The notes under the pieces: model-generated
Seen by the model: the letters and a program-made list of their open reading frames with translations, nothing else
Database searches by the model: none
Told to the model about the DNA's origin: nothing
Origin: an uncultured cyanobacterium
Lineage (GTDB): Bacteria; Cyanobacteriota; Cyanobacteriia; Pseudanabaenales; Pseudanabaenaceae
NCBI GenBank assembly: GCA_963703315.1
Contig: OY969811.1
Coordinates: forward strand, 320,001-384,000
Length of the DNA stretch: 64,000 bases
Reading direction: 5' to 3'
Position numbers and translations under genes: made by a program
Shown here: in pieces, positions 10,577-21,164 of the stretch
Position numbering within the stretch: position 1 is the stretch's first letter
How the letters are laid out: each line of letters starts with the position of its first letter

Positions 10577-10869
10577 TTAATAGCTTTGGCTATTACTACT
10601 GCTCTCATTCATTTTTTATTTTTTGCAAAAGCTACTGCGATCGCTTGATTTCGGTAGCTTTTGTGTTTTGTGGATACTCGCTGGCGCGAGTCCCACAGTC
10701 AGCAAAAGCTAATGCGATCGCTTGATTTCAGTAGCTTTGTATTAGCAGCTATGGCAGGCTACAGCCATAAGAGAGTGGCGGCGCGAAGCGCCGCCACTCT
10801 CTTATGGTTTTTATATAGGCTTTGGTAATGACTCTCATAGCTTTAGCGAATCTACCCTAAGTGGTATGG

Positions 10870-10887
10870 TGTGTTAAGAAATATAAA
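10870..10887. promoter_or_regulatory. Putative HLR1 (RpaB) site upstream of hli
   Basis: Reverse strand TTTATATT-N2-TTAACACA resembles KTTACAWW-N2-KTTACAWW, next to a possible -10 TATGGT. Confidence 0.35.
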
Positions 10888-10950
10888 GTATTATTAATTC
10901 AAGCAAAGATTTTAAAAGTCTAGAAATCAAAACACAAGGAGATAATTGCA

Positions 10951-11097
10951 ATGTCTGACACTACAGAACCCAAATTTGGCTTTAACAACTTCGCAGAAAC
11001 TTGGAACGGTCGTCTTGCAATGCTTGGCTTCGTTATCGGTTTAGCGACAGAGTTGCTCACTGGTCAAGGTATTCTTTCCCAAATCGGCTTGCTATAG
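10951..11097 (+). CDS. hli: High-light-inducible protein (Hli/SCP), 48 aa
   Basis: Below the ORF-track cutoff; MSDTTEPKFGFNNFAETWNGRLAMLGFVIGLATELLTGQGILSQIGLL with ExxNGRLAM motif; AGGAG RBS. Confidence 0.95.
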   Translation: MSDTTEPKFGFNNFAETWNGRLAMLGFVIGLATELLTGQGILSQIGLL

Positions 11098-11106
11098 TTT
11101 TTTATT

Positions 11107-11143
11107 AAAAGAAGGGTCAGCGCTTAGCGCTGACCCTTCTTTT
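11107..11143. terminator. Bidirectional hairpin terminator between convergent genes
   Basis: AAAAGAAGGGTCAGCGC-TTA-GCGCTGACCCTTCTTTT. Confidence 0.7.
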
Positions 11144-11972
11144 ATGCTTTTAAATATTCAAGAATTTTCTGAAAAAGTTTCACGATCGCATCTTCACCAT
11201 TATCGCGAATAAAAATATCAAAATTTGGATGCGAGTTTGCTTCAATTAACCAGTAATTATTCTGATCATCCAAAGCAATATCTAAACCCACATAGGCGAT
11301 CACCATTTTCTGAAAAATTGGTTGAATGAATTCGTCGATCGCCTGCATTACTTGAAAATCATTGACTTGTTTAGCGATCGCTCCTTCCCAATGCAAAGGA
11401 CTGAGATTACCTGTAAACTCTGCTTGTGAAATATCCTTTTCGTATAAAACTATCTGTGCTTGATTAAGACAAACAGAGCGATATTCCTTAACAATATTGA
11501 TAGGTTCCTGTACCAATGCAACGTAGTCATAGTTTTTACTATTGATATTAAAAATACGATCTAAAGCATCGCGGATCTGTGGCAAATTAATACACCTAAA
11601 AACATTATTACCACCCGATCCACGATTTCTTTTGAGAATAACTGGTAAATCAAAGTTTCTTTCTATTTCAGCAATGATTTTATCGATGGAAGGAAATTCT
11701 AAATATTCTAGATACTTTGCATCACAGTATGGAGAAATGAAAGACATAGTACGGGGCATCTTTACTATATCTTCAAATATTTGATAAAAATACTGTTTAT
11801 CCTTAAAAATCTCAGCGACAGATTGCGATGTTAAGGGCGTTGAGTAGTTAGTGAAATAAAATTCGCGATCGCTAACTTTTACTTTAACAAGGTTTTGATT
11901 AGGATGCAAAATTTCATATTCAATAGATAAATTATGGCAAGCTTTCAATAACATTTTAATATTTGTCAGCAT
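11142..11972 (-). CDS. ATP-grasp (RimK-like) ligase family protein
   Basis: PVILKRNRGSGG, LVQE, EYR, GLDIA, IEANSHP. Confidence 0.8.
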   Translation of the reverse strand: MLTNIKMLLKACHNLSIEYEILHPNQNLVKVKVSDREFYFTNYSTPLTSQSVAEIFKDKQYFYQIFEDIVKMPRTMSFISPYCDAKYLEYLEFPSIDKIIAEIERNFDLPVILKRNRGSGGNNVFRCINLPQIRDALDRIFNINSKNYDYVALVQEPINIVKEYRSVCLNQAQIVLYEKDISQAEFTGNLSPLHWEGAIAKQVNDFQVMQAIDEFIQPIFQKMVIAYVGLDIALDDQNNYWLIEANSHPNFDIFIRDNGEDAIVKLFQKILEYLKA

Positions 11973-12109
11973 AGTTACTTAGGTCTATTTGATAGATTTA
12001 GATTAAATAAAAATTGCGAGAAATTAGTTAGACATTAATGGAATAGATTACTACAGAAATTACAATTTTATCTCATTGATAGCCACTACAAAATTTTCTG
12101 TTTAGCCGC

Positions 12110-12224
12110 TATAGCTGTCGCCATTTGTATTAGGCTAAATCAAAACCCAAGAAGTGAATTGTGGCGCTTCGCCCCGCAACTCATCTTCTGGTTTTGTATC
12201 CTAACAATACTGGTGACAGCTATA
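12110..12224. mobile_element. MITE-like element, TATAGC-ended family
   Basis: TIRs TATAGCTGTCGCCA / TGGTGACAGCTATA; central GGCGCTTCGC hairpin; related copies at 49556, 4994 and about 46138-46243. Confidence 0.65.
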
Positions 12225-12287
12225 ACTCTATTGTCTTGTTTTATGAATCGTTGTAATTTAGAGTCAAAGCACATTAACATATTTTAA

Positions 12288-12398
12288 TAACTAGCTGGAC
12301 ATAAACATAATTAAAAGAACAAATCCAAAACCTGTGGCGCACGCGCAGCGTGCGCCACAGGTTTTGGGGTTTTATATTTAATTGCGCCCAGCTACTTA
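12288..12398. mobile_element. MITE-like element, TAAGTAGCT...AGCTACTTA family
   Basis: Near-identical to 49682-49785; internal CCTGTGGCGCACGC...GCGTGCGCCACAGG palindrome also stands alone at 1396-1426. Confidence 0.65.
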
Positions 12399-12477
12399 TA
12401 ACTAGGTTATACGATTTTAAGAGCTTCAATTCGACTGTTGTGTGACGATTAAAAATTAATTATCGGGGTGACTCTAT

Positions 12478-14754
12478 ATGTTAGAGAAAATCTTGCAGTT
12501 ACTAGAAATAAATGGGTTCATTCCCCACGGTCACTGCTATCTCTGGCAGACTAATCTTGTCGGACTGCACGTTCTCTCCGATGGATTAATCGCTTTAGCA
12601 TACTTTTCTATCCCAATTATGCTGATCTACTTTGTCCGTAAACGGCATGATGTAGCAGCATTTACGAAAGTATCTTTATTATTTAGCTCATTCATCATAG
12701 CTTGTGGCATTACCCATGTCATGGAAATTTGGACTCTCTGGTATCCAGTATATTGGCTGTCAGGTTTGCTCAAAGCAATCACCGCTATAATCTCTTTATA
12801 TACTGCATTTGAATTGATTTCCATAATTCCGATAGCATTAGCAATGCCAAGTGCTGAACAGTTAATGCAAGCGAATTATCAATTAGAGAAAGAGATTCAA
12901 GAGCGTCGTAGTACTGAAATTGCGCTTAGAGAAAGTGAAAAACGCTATCAAAGTCTCGTTTTGGAACTCGAAGAAAGAGTACAGAAGAGAACATCTGAAC
13001 TAGCTCTTCAGAATAAGGATCTAGAAATAGCGAGAAGTGAAGCTGAATTAGCCAATCAATCAAAAAGCGATTTCTTGGCAATGATGAGTCACGAAATCCG
13101 TACACCAATGAATGGAATAATTGGGATGACTAATCTATTGCTTGGTACTCAATTAACAGGTAAGCAGAAAAACTTTGTAAAAATTGTGCGTAATAGTGGT
13201 GAAGGACTTTTAACGATTCTTAATGATATTTTAGATTTTTCTAAAGTGGAATCAGGGAAGTTGGAACTAGAAGAACAGCCCTTTAATTTATTAGATTGTG
13301 TTCAGGAATCCTTGTCATTATTAAATCTTAAAGCCGAAGAAAAAAATGTTGAACTGAGCTATAAAGTTTTTCCAATCGTTCCGACCATAATTGTTAGTGA
13401 TATCACAAGAATTCGCCAAATTTTAGTCAATTTGGTAGGTAATGCGATTAAATTCACTAAAAAAGGGCGAGTACATTTAAATATAACCGCTTCTTTACTT
13501 GATAGCACATCTAAAGAAAGTAATCAAGAAAGTATAGAATCTTCAAAGTATCAACTTCTATTCTCAATCTGTGACTCAGGTATCGGTATTCCTGCGGATC
13601 GAATATCACAGTTGTTTGAGGCATTCACTCAAGTTGATGCTTCTATAACTCGCAACTATGGTGGTACAGGCTTAGGTTTAGCAATCTGTAAACAACTTAC
13701 CAGTATTATGGGGGGGACAATATGGGTAGAGAGTTTTGGAACTGTTGGTGGTAGCCCAGATGTTGAATGGTTTAAACAATATCAAATCCAAAATTCTGCC
13801 ACTAATGGTTCCACATTTTACTTTACGATCCTAGTGTCTTCAATATCACTAAACTCTTTTAATAACCTACAGAAATCTAATGGTTTTGAAAATAATCTAG
13901 AGTTTGTTAATTCTAATTTAGCTAAGCAATTTCCCTTAAGAATATTAGTTGCTGAAGATAATTCTGTTAATCAGCAGTTAATAAAATTTATGTTAGAACA
14001 GCTTGGCTATAGTTGCGATATTGTCGGCAATGGGATCGAAGTCATTGAAGCCTGTAATCGTTGTTTCTACGATTTGATCCTCATGGATATTCAAATGCCT
14101 GAAATGGATGGCATTGAAGCAACAAAAAAAATTCGTAATTTAGATGGGTATACATCGCAAACTACGCGGATTGTGGCAGTTACAGCAAGTGTGATGAAAG
14201 GCGATCGCCAAAAATTTCTCGAAGCGGGAATGGATGATTACATTTCTAAACCAATTAAAATGAGTGAGCTATTTCAAGCATTATTGAATAATCAATCTTC
14301 CTACAATAATCCAGACAGTTCTAGCTCTTTAGATCTTAATAACGAGCTAGAAAACAAGGAGAGTATAGATGAACAGAATGTAATTGATATGCAGATTTTT
14401 AGTGATGTGTTCGTTATGCTAGGTGCAAACAATGATTCAACTCCCTTTCTTCGTTTAATTGATTTATACCTACAAAGTTTGTCAGAGTTGAAATCAATGG
14501 TGATTAATGGAATTGATAATCAAGATGCTGATTCTCTAGCAATGGGATGTCATGCTCTCAAATCTCCAAGTGCTTCATTGGGGGCGGTCACTTTATCTCA
14601 AATCTGTAAGACTCTAGAGAATAAAGTCGTTAATGGCGCGATCGCCTGTTTATCTGAGGATTTACTAGCACTAGGTGATGAGTTTTGTCAGGAATGCGAT
14701 CGCGTCAAAGTAGCTTTAGAAAAACAAAGACAGTTACTTGTATCAAAACCATAA
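12478..14754 (+). CDS. Hybrid sensor histidine kinase: ETR1-type ethylene-binding TM domain, HisKA, HATPase, REC, Hpt
   Basis: [13 protein letters not shown] and [39 protein letters not shown]. Confidence 0.9.
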   Translation: MLEKILQLLEINGFIPHGHCYLWQTNLVGLHVLSDGLIALAYFSIPIMLIYFVRKRHDVAAFTKVSLLFSSFIIACGITHVMEIWTLWYPVYWLSGLLKAITAIISLYTAFELISIIPIALAMPSAEQLMQANYQLEKEIQERRSTEIALRESEKRYQSLVLELEERVQKRTSELALQNKDLEIARSEAELANQSKSDFLAMMSHEIRTPMNGIIGMTNLLLGTQLTGKQKNFVKIVRNSGEGLLTILNDILDFSKVESGKLELEEQPFNLLDCVQESLSLLNLKAEEKNVELSYKVFPIVPTIIVSDITRIRQILVNLVGNAIKFTKKGRVHLNITASLLDSTSKESNQESIESSKYQLLFSICDSGIGIPADRISQLFEAFTQVDASITRNYGGTGLGLAICKQLTSIMGGTIWVESFGTVGGSPDVEWFKQYQIQNSATNGSTFYFTILVSSISLNSFNNLQKSNGFENNLEFVNSNLAKQFPLRILVAEDNSVNQQLIKFMLEQLGYSCDIVGNGIEVIEACNRCFYDLILMDIQMPEMDGIEATKKIRNLDGYTSQTTRIVAVTASVMKGDRQKFLEAGMDDYISKPIKMSELFQALLNNQSSYNNPDSSSSLDLNNELENKESIDEQNVIDMQIFSDVFVMLGANNDSTPFLRLIDLYLQSLSELKSMVINGIDNQDADSLAMGCHALKSPSASLGAVTLSQICKTLENKVVNGAIACLSEDLLALGDEFCQECDRVKVALEKQRQLLVSKP

Positions 14755-14797
14755 CTTGTTTTTCCGCCGAAGGCGGAAAAACAAGCCTTTAATGTAA

Positions 14798-17434
14798 TTA
14801 AGCAAGAGCGTGTCTTAACTCATGTTCAGCAGCTTCTAGGGCTTCTGGCAATTTACTGGCATCCTTGCCACCTGCTTGAGCGAGGTTCGGACGACCACCA
14901 CCGCCGCCGCCACAGATTTTGGCGATCGCGCCGATGAATTTGCCCGCTTGCAAACCCTTCGCGATTACTTCTTTACTGAAGGAAGCAACTAGGGTCACTT
15001 TGCCATCATCGCTAAAAGAACCAAGTACAACTGCACTATGACCTAGCTTTGCCGAGAGTTTTTCTGCCGCCGCTTTCAAAGCTTCGGCTTCAATATCGGA
15101 AAGTTGGGCAACGAGGATTTTAAATTCGCCTACGGCTTCGGCTTCGTGAATTAGAGAATCTGCTTTAACTAGGGCTAGTTGCTGTTTAAGATGTTCAACT
15201 TCTTTCTGTGCAGTTTTTAGCTCATGTTGCAAACCTGTAATCCGATCGCTAATTTCTTCAGGCTTGATTTTAAAGCGATCGCTTAAATCTTTAGTGATGT
15301 TGTCGCGCACAGTCAGATATTCTAGAACTGCTTGCCCTGCGATCGCTTCGATGCGACGCACACCAGAGGCAACGCCAGATTCGGAAATGATTTTAAACAA
15401 ACCAATTTCGCTGGTGTTCTTAACATGAGTACCGCCGCAAAGTTCCATTGATACATTGGGAATATCGATGACGCGGACTTCTGCGCCATACTTTTCACCG
15501 AACATAGCGATCGCGCCTTTAGCTTTGGCTTGAGCGATGGGCAGTACTTCAATTACGGAGTCATGGGCTTCGGCAATCCAGTTATTGATTTGCAGTTCAA
15601 TCTGGTGAATTTCTTCGGTCGTAACTCCACGATTGAGATTAAAGTCAAAACGGAGGCGATCGCTATCGACTAAAGAACCTGCTTGAGAAACGTTAGAGTC
15701 AACGATTTTCTTCAAAGCTGCTTGTAATAGATGCGTGGCAGTGTGATGAGCTTGAATGCGCCGACGTTCGGATAAGGCGATTTGGGCATTGACACTATCA
15801 CCGACAGCAATTTCGCCTCGTTCAATTTGTCCAATATGGATAAATAAATCAGCTTGTTTTTGGACATCACTAATTTTGGCGATCGCTTCACCAATAGCTA
15901 AAAATCCTGTGTCTCCAATCTGTCCACCAGACTCCGCATAGAAAGGTGTGCGGTCTAATACGATTTGGACTTTGTTACCAGCGATCGCCTTCTTAGCAAG
16001 TTCGCCATTGACGAGAATTGCTTTGACAGTGCCAGTGCTACTTAGTTCCGTATAGCCTAGAAATTCCGTTTTGCCAATTTCCTTCGCGATATTTACCCAG
16101 TTATCTTTTGCCATCAGATCAATATCTTCATGGGCAGCTTGCGATCGCTCCTGTTGCTTTTTCATTTCTGCTTCAAAGCCATCGGCATCAACGCTGAAAC
16201 CTTCCTCTTCGGCAATCTCTTGAGTTAATTCAAGCGGGAATCCGTAGGTGTCATAAAGAGTGAAAGAATCAACGCCAGAAATAGTCTTACTAGCTTTGAC
16301 TTCAGGTTTAGCCAGAATCTCTTCTAACAACTTCTCACCACGTTCTAAAGTCTGTAAGAAGCGAGTCTCTTCGATTTTGATTTCATCTTTGATAACGTGT
16401 TCACGTTCGCGAGTGTTGGGATAAACCGACTCGGAAAGGGCGATCGCTACTTCCGCAACTTCTGAGGCAAATGTTCCAGAGATCCCAATCAAGCGCCCGT
16501 GACGCACCACCCGACGCAAGAGGCGGCGCAAAATGTAACCACGTCCAACGTTAGAGGCATTGATCCCATCAGCAATCATGTGAACGACTGAGCGCACATG
16601 ATCACCAATCACCTTGAGCGAAGTCTTCACCTTCTCATCGCTCTTGTGATAGTCAATCCCTGCAATATCGGCGGCTTTTTTGATGATTGGAAAGATTAAA
16701 TCGGTTTCGTAATTATTAGGAACGCCTTGCAATACCTGCGCCATCCGTTCCAAACCTAAGCCCGTATCAATGTTCTGCTTCTTTAGAGGTGTGAGATTAC
16801 CATGACTATCACGGTTCAATTCCATGAATACAAGGTTATAAATCTCTAGGAAGCGTGAATCATCTTCTAAATCAATATGCTCATCACCTAATTCAGGATG
16901 GAAGTCATAATAGATTTCCGAGCAAGGTCCACAGGGACCCGTCGCACCCGAAGCCCAAAAGTTATCGTCACCCATACGCTGAATCCGATGAGCAGGAATG
17001 CCGATCGCATCGCGCCAAATCGCAAAGGCATCTTCATCGGTGTGATAGACACTAACCACGAGGCGATCAGGTGGCAATTGAAATACTTTCGTGACTAATT
17101 CCCATCCCCACGCGATCGCTTCTTTTTTAAAATAATCACCAAAGCTGAAATTCCCTAACATTTCAAAAAACGTATGGTGACGCGCCGTTCTACCCACATT
17201 CTCGATGTCATTGGTACGGATACATTTCTGAGATGTAGTGGCGCGAGGAACTTCAGGCTCCTGCTGTCCTAAGAAAATTGGCTTAAATGGTAGCATTCCC
17301 GCGATCGTGAGTAGTACGGTGGGATCGGCGGGGACGAGGGAGGCGCTAGGTAGGACTTTGTGATTACGCTCTTCAAAAAAATTGAGAAACTTCGAGCGAA
17401 TTTCAGCACCAGTGAGGGAGGGAAGGCTAGCCAT
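14798..17434 (-). CDS. alaS: Alanine--tRNA ligase
   Basis: [39 protein letters not shown]. Confidence 0.98.
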   Translation of the reverse strand: MASLPSLTGAEIRSKFLNFFEERNHKVLPSASLVPADPTVLLTIAGMLPFKPIFLGQQEPEVPRATTSQKCIRTNDIENVGRTARHHTFFEMLGNFSFGDYFKKEAIAWGWELVTKVFQLPPDRLVVSVYHTDEDAFAIWRDAIGIPAHRIQRMGDDNFWASGATGPCGPCSEIYYDFHPELGDEHIDLEDDSRFLEIYNLVFMELNRDSHGNLTPLKKQNIDTGLGLERMAQVLQGVPNNYETDLIFPIIKKAADIAGIDYHKSDEKVKTSLKVIGDHVRSVVHMIADGINASNVGRGYILRRLLRRVVRHGRLIGISGTFASEVAEVAIALSESVYPNTREREHVIKDEIKIEETRFLQTLERGEKLLEEILAKPEVKASKTISGVDSFTLYDTYGFPLELTQEIAEEEGFSVDADGFEAEMKKQQERSQAAHEDIDLMAKDNWVNIAKEIGKTEFLGYTELSSTGTVKAILVNGELAKKAIAGNKVQIVLDRTPFYAESGGQIGDTGFLAIGEAIAKISDVQKQADLFIHIGQIERGEIAVGDSVNAQIALSERRRIQAHHTATHLLQAALKKIVDSNVSQAGSLVDSDRLRFDFNLNRGVTTEEIHQIELQINNWIAEAHDSVIEVLPIAQAKAKGAIAMFGEKYGAEVRVIDIPNVSMELCGGTHVKNTSEIGLFKIISESGVASGVRRIEAIAGQAVLEYLTVRDNITKDLSDRFKIKPEEISDRITGLQHELKTAQKEVEHLKQQLALVKADSLIHEAEAVGEFKILVAQLSDIEAEALKAAAEKLSAKLGHSAVVLGSFSDDGKVTLVASFSKEVIAKGLQAGKFIGAIAKICGGGGGGRPNLAQAGGKDASKLPEALEAAEHELRHALA

Positions 17435-17548
17435 AAAAGTTTGAATCAGTCCAGACAGTAGGTAAGATTTTTAGAAGAGAGGATAAGCTTGCCTTGGGGA
17501 ATATTTGGCAAACCTGTAGAAATTATTACAAATTTTAATAATACTTTT

Positions 17549-18253
17549 ATGCTAACACGCACTGATCTTCAAAATGAGCTAGATGCACTGGCTAGCCCGA
17601 CCAAAGCGATCGCCCTTGCGCGATTTTTTAAAACTGGTAAGGGCGAATATGGCGAAGGCGATCGCTTTTTGGGGATTACCGTGCCAGAGCAACGAAAATT
17701 AGCAAAAAAGTTTGTGAGTCTGAGCTTTGATTCCCTAGAAGAATTATTGCAAACTGATATTCATGAATATCGGCTGACCGCTTTATTAATTCTTACTTAT
17801 CAATTTCCTAAAGCCGATCTCGCCCAACGCACCGAAATTGTCACTTTCTATTTAAATCATACCCAATGGATTAACAACTGGGATTTAGTTGATGTCAGTT
17901 GCCGTCAAATTTTGGGTGTATATCTGCTCGATCAAGATCGGAGCATTCTCTCTCAACTAGCCCGATCGCCAAGTCTTTGGGAACAGAGAATCGCGATCGT
18001 CTCCACCTTAGAATTTATCAAGCATGAGCAATTTACGGATACGCTCCAGATTGCCATAATTTTGTTAAATCATCGCCATGATCTAATCCATAAAGCTGTT
18101 GGTTGGATGTTGCGAGAAGTTGGTAAACAAGACCGCCAAGTTTTAGTCGAATTTCTAGATCTCCATTATCAGCAAATGCCCCGCACGATGCTCCGCTACG
18201 CGATCGAGCATTTTGATGAACCAGTCCGCAAAGCTTACTTATACAAAAACTAA
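17549..18253 (+). CDS. DNA alkylation repair protein (AlkD-like)
   Basis: FFKTGKGEYGEGDRFLG, NNWDLVD, HKAVGWMLRE, MPRTMLRYAIE; ATG 17549 preferred over TTG 17489. Confidence 0.9.
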   Translation: MLTRTDLQNELDALASPTKAIALARFFKTGKGEYGEGDRFLGITVPEQRKLAKKFVSLSFDSLEELLQTDIHEYRLTALLILTYQFPKADLAQRTEIVTFYLNHTQWINNWDLVDVSCRQILGVYLLDQDRSILSQLARSPSLWEQRIAIVSTLEFIKHEQFTDTLQIAIILLNHRHDLIHKAVGWMLREVGKQDRQVLVEFLDLHYQQMPRTMLRYAIEHFDEPVRKAYLYKN

Positions 18254-18345
18254 AAATGGCATAGCCATTTTTAGTTTTGAAAACCCTTACTGGGTTTAGT
18301 TTTTAATTTACAAAAGTGTGACCACACTTTTGTAAATTGGTATTA
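18240..18345. mobile_element. About 105-bp MITE-like repeat; inverted copy at 51744-51849
   Basis: Two internal hairpins (AAAACTAAAAATGGC..GCCATTTTTAGTTTT and AAAAGTGTG..CACACTTTT); TATAC(C/A)AA / TTGGTAT ends. Confidence 0.7.
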
Positions 18346-18406
18346 CGCCGCAATTAAGGCTTTGATGAACAAGGGGCTTAAGCCCCTTGCCTATAAGCGA
18401 TCGCCG

Positions 18407-19186
18407 TTAATTAGCTCGTACATCTTGGCAATACTGCTTGATTGCCTCCATGATCACGCTTTGCAAGTCAGCGTACTTTCTGGCAAAGGGTGGTTGCCAA
18501 TCCGATAGCCCTAAAACATCATGGGTTACGAGAATTTGTCCATCACAGTCCTTTCCTGCACCAATGCCAATCGTAGGAATGGGGAGCAGATCGGTAATTT
18601 TTGCGGCGAGTTCCGTAGGGATATTTTCTAATAACAGGGCAAACACTCCTGCTTCAACCAATGCCTTTGATTGGTGCAAAATTTCTTCAGCAGTTTCGGG
18701 CGTGCTACCTTGCACTCGATAACCTGTGCGATGGACGGACTGTGGTGTAAGTCCTAGATGACCCATTACAGGAATGCCAATCTGTACGAGCTTGCGAATT
18801 GTCTCCACGATATCGGGATAGCCACCTTCGAGCTTGATCCCCTTTGCGTCAGTTTCTTTAAAAATCCGTCCTGCCGATCGCATTGCTTCTTCCGTACTCA
18901 CTTGATAACTGAGAAAGGGCATATCCACAATTAGTAACGCATTTTCCACACCACGCCCAACGGCTTGAGCATGGCGGATCATGTCATCAAGGGTGACGGG
19001 CAGCGTATTTTTGTATCCAAGCGCCACCATTGCGAGGGAATCCCCCACCAAAATCATATCTACACCTGCTTTGTCTATCAGCTTGGCGATCGCATAGTCA
19101 CTGGCGGTAAGAGCCGCGATCGGCTTTTTCTGCTGTTTCCATTTTTGCAATTGGGCGATCGTCACTGGCATCGTGGCATTCCTCAT
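18407..19186 (-). CDS. panB: 3-methyl-2-oxobutanoate hydroxymethyltransferase
   Basis: [36 protein letters not shown]. Confidence 0.97.
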   Translation of the reverse strand: MRNATMPVTIAQLQKWKQQKKPIAALTASDYAIAKLIDKAGVDMILVGDSLAMVALGYKNTLPVTLDDMIRHAQAVGRGVENALLIVDMPFLSYQVSTEEAMRSAGRIFKETDAKGIKLEGGYPDIVETIRKLVQIGIPVMGHLGLTPQSVHRTGYRVQGSTPETAEEILHQSKALVEAGVFALLLENIPTELAAKITDLLPIPTIGIGAGKDCDGQILVTHDVLGLSDWQPPFARKYADLQSVIMEAIKQYCQDVRAN

Positions 19187-19336
19187 GATTTACGGCTGAT
19201 TAATTTTTTGATTTTGTGAAAGACGCAGAGTGCGTCTTTCACAAAATCAAAAAATTAAGAGAGCTAACATCTAATAATGTAAACTTTTTAAAGCAATTGA
19301 ATAAGGTTAATTGAGTTCGGTACGAGAAGCAAAATT

Positions 19337-19528
19337 ATGCAAGTTGGTCAAAAAGTTCGTGTTCGTAGTTTTAAAGATGGCAGTGGCAAGGCGATCGCTA
19401 ATAAAATTGGTGCAGTCGGCGTAATCAAAGAACAAAAAATTCTTGATGGCAGCAAATGGGGCTACATCGTCAAGTTCGATGACAGCACTAAGTCTTGGTT
19501 CTTTGAAGACGAGTTAGAAGCAGCCTAA
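19337..19528 (+). CDS. petP: Cytochrome b6f-associated subunit PetP (DUF2862)
   Basis: MQVGQKVRV...DGS..GYIVKFDD...WFFEDEL. Confidence 0.85.
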   Translation: MQVGQKVRVRSFKDGSGKAIANKIGAVGVIKEQKILDGSKWGYIVKFDDSTKSWFFEDELEAA

Positions 19529-19616
19529 GCCAAGTAATCCTAATATCTCACCATGTAAAGTCTCGCAATGCGGGACTTCATAAATACTCCTTTAAATTTA
19601 ATTAACCACTTGCCCT

Positions 19617-19922
19617 ATGGCAGATATTAACCGTCAAGATATCATTCGGGGCATGATGGCTGAGGTTGATGGACTAAGCTATAGTATGGCTTCAGCTAGC
19701 CTTGAAGCAGTTTTAACCTGCGTCACCCAAGCTTTAGCCAATCACCAATCGATCATGTTGAGTGATTTTGGTAAGTTTGGAGTACGCCATCGTCGCGCCC
19801 GTTCGGGAAGTCATCCTCGCACCCATCAACCGATTGTTATTCCCGAAGTAATCGTTCCCCATTTCACCCCCAGTCCCCATTTAAAAAAATTAGTGCAGAA
19901 GCCTAATGAGAAAACCCAATGA
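19617..19922 (+). CDS. Divergent HU/IHF family DNA-binding protein
   Basis: LSDFGKF, RRARSGSHPRTHQPIVIP, PHFTPSPHLK. Confidence 0.85.
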   Translation: MADINRQDIIRGMMAEVDGLSYSMASASLEAVLTCVTQALANHQSIMLSDFGKFGVRHRRARSGSHPRTHQPIVIPEVIVPHFTPSPHLKKLVQKPNEKTQ

Positions 19923-20983
19923 GCCTAATTCTGACATTTCTCGGTAAAGGTGGCGTTGGTAAGACGACAACCGCGATCGCGGTTGCTCGTGCTTTTGCCA
20001 ACCAAGGCAAACAAGTTTTATACGTTGGTCAACAAGCAGGTGATAGTCTCAGCATGAGACTTGGAGTTGATCTTAGTAGTGATGTCCAACCCGTTGCGCC
20101 CAATTTCGCGGCGGTACATTTACAGTCAACAGTACTGCTCGAAAGATATTGGGACAGGATGAAAGGCTTAGAAACCCAATTTTTGCGGACTCCATTTTTT
20201 AAAGAGGTCTATGGTCAAGAGCTTGGTATTTTACCGGGGATGGATGCGGCTCTAGGCTTAAGCTTTTTGCGCGAACGGGATGCAGAAGGCAGATATGACG
20301 TAATTGTTTACGATGGCGTGGGCGATCTGGAAACCTTACGGATGTTGGGAATGCCAGAAATTTTAGGCTGGTATCTGCGTCGCTTTAAACAGGTCTTAAC
20401 AGGTTCGGCGATCGGTCAAGCGATATCTCCCTTTGTGGAGCCAATTTTAAGAAGTATCCTTCAAGTTTCGAGTACCGATGATATTTCACAACAGGCTGGG
20501 GAAATGTCGTCAGTCTTAACTCGCGGTCAAAAAGCAGTTAATGATCCCAATCGTGTGGCGGCTTACCTAGTTACTACTAGTGATCCCTATGCGATCGCTA
20601 CGGCTAAATATCTCTGGGGCAGCGCTCAACAGGTAGGTTTAACCGTTGGTGGTGTCTTTGCACGGGAGGCGATCGCTGAAACCGACTTTGCACCGCTAGC
20701 GATCGCCTCAATTCCCGATCAAGTTACTGAGTTAACGATTCCCGATCATCTAAAAGCAAACCTTGCCCCAAAACCAATTGAAATCAATACGGTAACTAAG
20801 CAAGTCAAGCTATTTTTACCAACATTTAATAAAAAACAGGTCAAGTTAATTCAGCTAGGTCCCGAAGTCACCATCGAAGCAGGCGATCAACGCCGTAATA
20901 TTTTCCTGCCCAATGAACTAGCAGGTAAACAAGCCACAGGTGCAAAATTTCAAGATTCTTATCTGATTATTTCTTTTGGATAG
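19919..20983 (+). CDS. ArsA/Get3-like ATPase with C-terminal HSP20-like domain
   Basis: GKGGVGKTT, LPGMD, EAGDQRRNIFLP. Confidence 0.9.
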   Translation: MSLILTFLGKGGVGKTTTAIAVARAFANQGKQVLYVGQQAGDSLSMRLGVDLSSDVQPVAPNFAAVHLQSTVLLERYWDRMKGLETQFLRTPFFKEVYGQELGILPGMDAALGLSFLRERDAEGRYDVIVYDGVGDLETLRMLGMPEILGWYLRRFKQVLTGSAIGQAISPFVEPILRSILQVSSTDDISQQAGEMSSVLTRGQKAVNDPNRVAAYLVTTSDPYAIATAKYLWGSAQQVGLTVGGVFAREAIAETDFAPLAIASIPDQVTELTIPDHLKANLAPKPIEINTVTKQVKLFLPTFNKKQVKLIQLGPEVTIEAGDQRRNIFLPNELAGKQATGAKFQDSYLIISFG

Positions 20984-21012
20984 CAATTATCGGAGTAAGT
21001 AAAAATCCTTTT

Positions 21013-21088
21013 TGTAGGGTGTGTTAGCGCAGCGTAACGCACTATCTAACCTTTGATAGTGCGTTACGCTGTGGCTAACGCACCCTAC
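21013..21088. repeat. GTAG-type REP doublet (REPIN-like)
   Basis: GTAGGGTGTGTTAGCGCAGCGTAACGCAC...GTGCGTTACGCTGTGGCTAACGCACCCTAC; related single copy at about 58796-58826. Confidence 0.65.
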
Positions 21089-21164
21089 AGTAATCTTCAC
21101 GCTGATTTTTAGATGATGGGGAATTGGGCTAAAATGGGACTTTGTTGGTCAGGTCTGTTATTCA

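Noticed and set aside
10625..10739. Two about 37-nt direct repeats after psaD as a mini-CRISPR
   Set aside because: Only two copies, hairpin plus T-tract, unrelated to the array repeat; a duplicated terminator is more likely.
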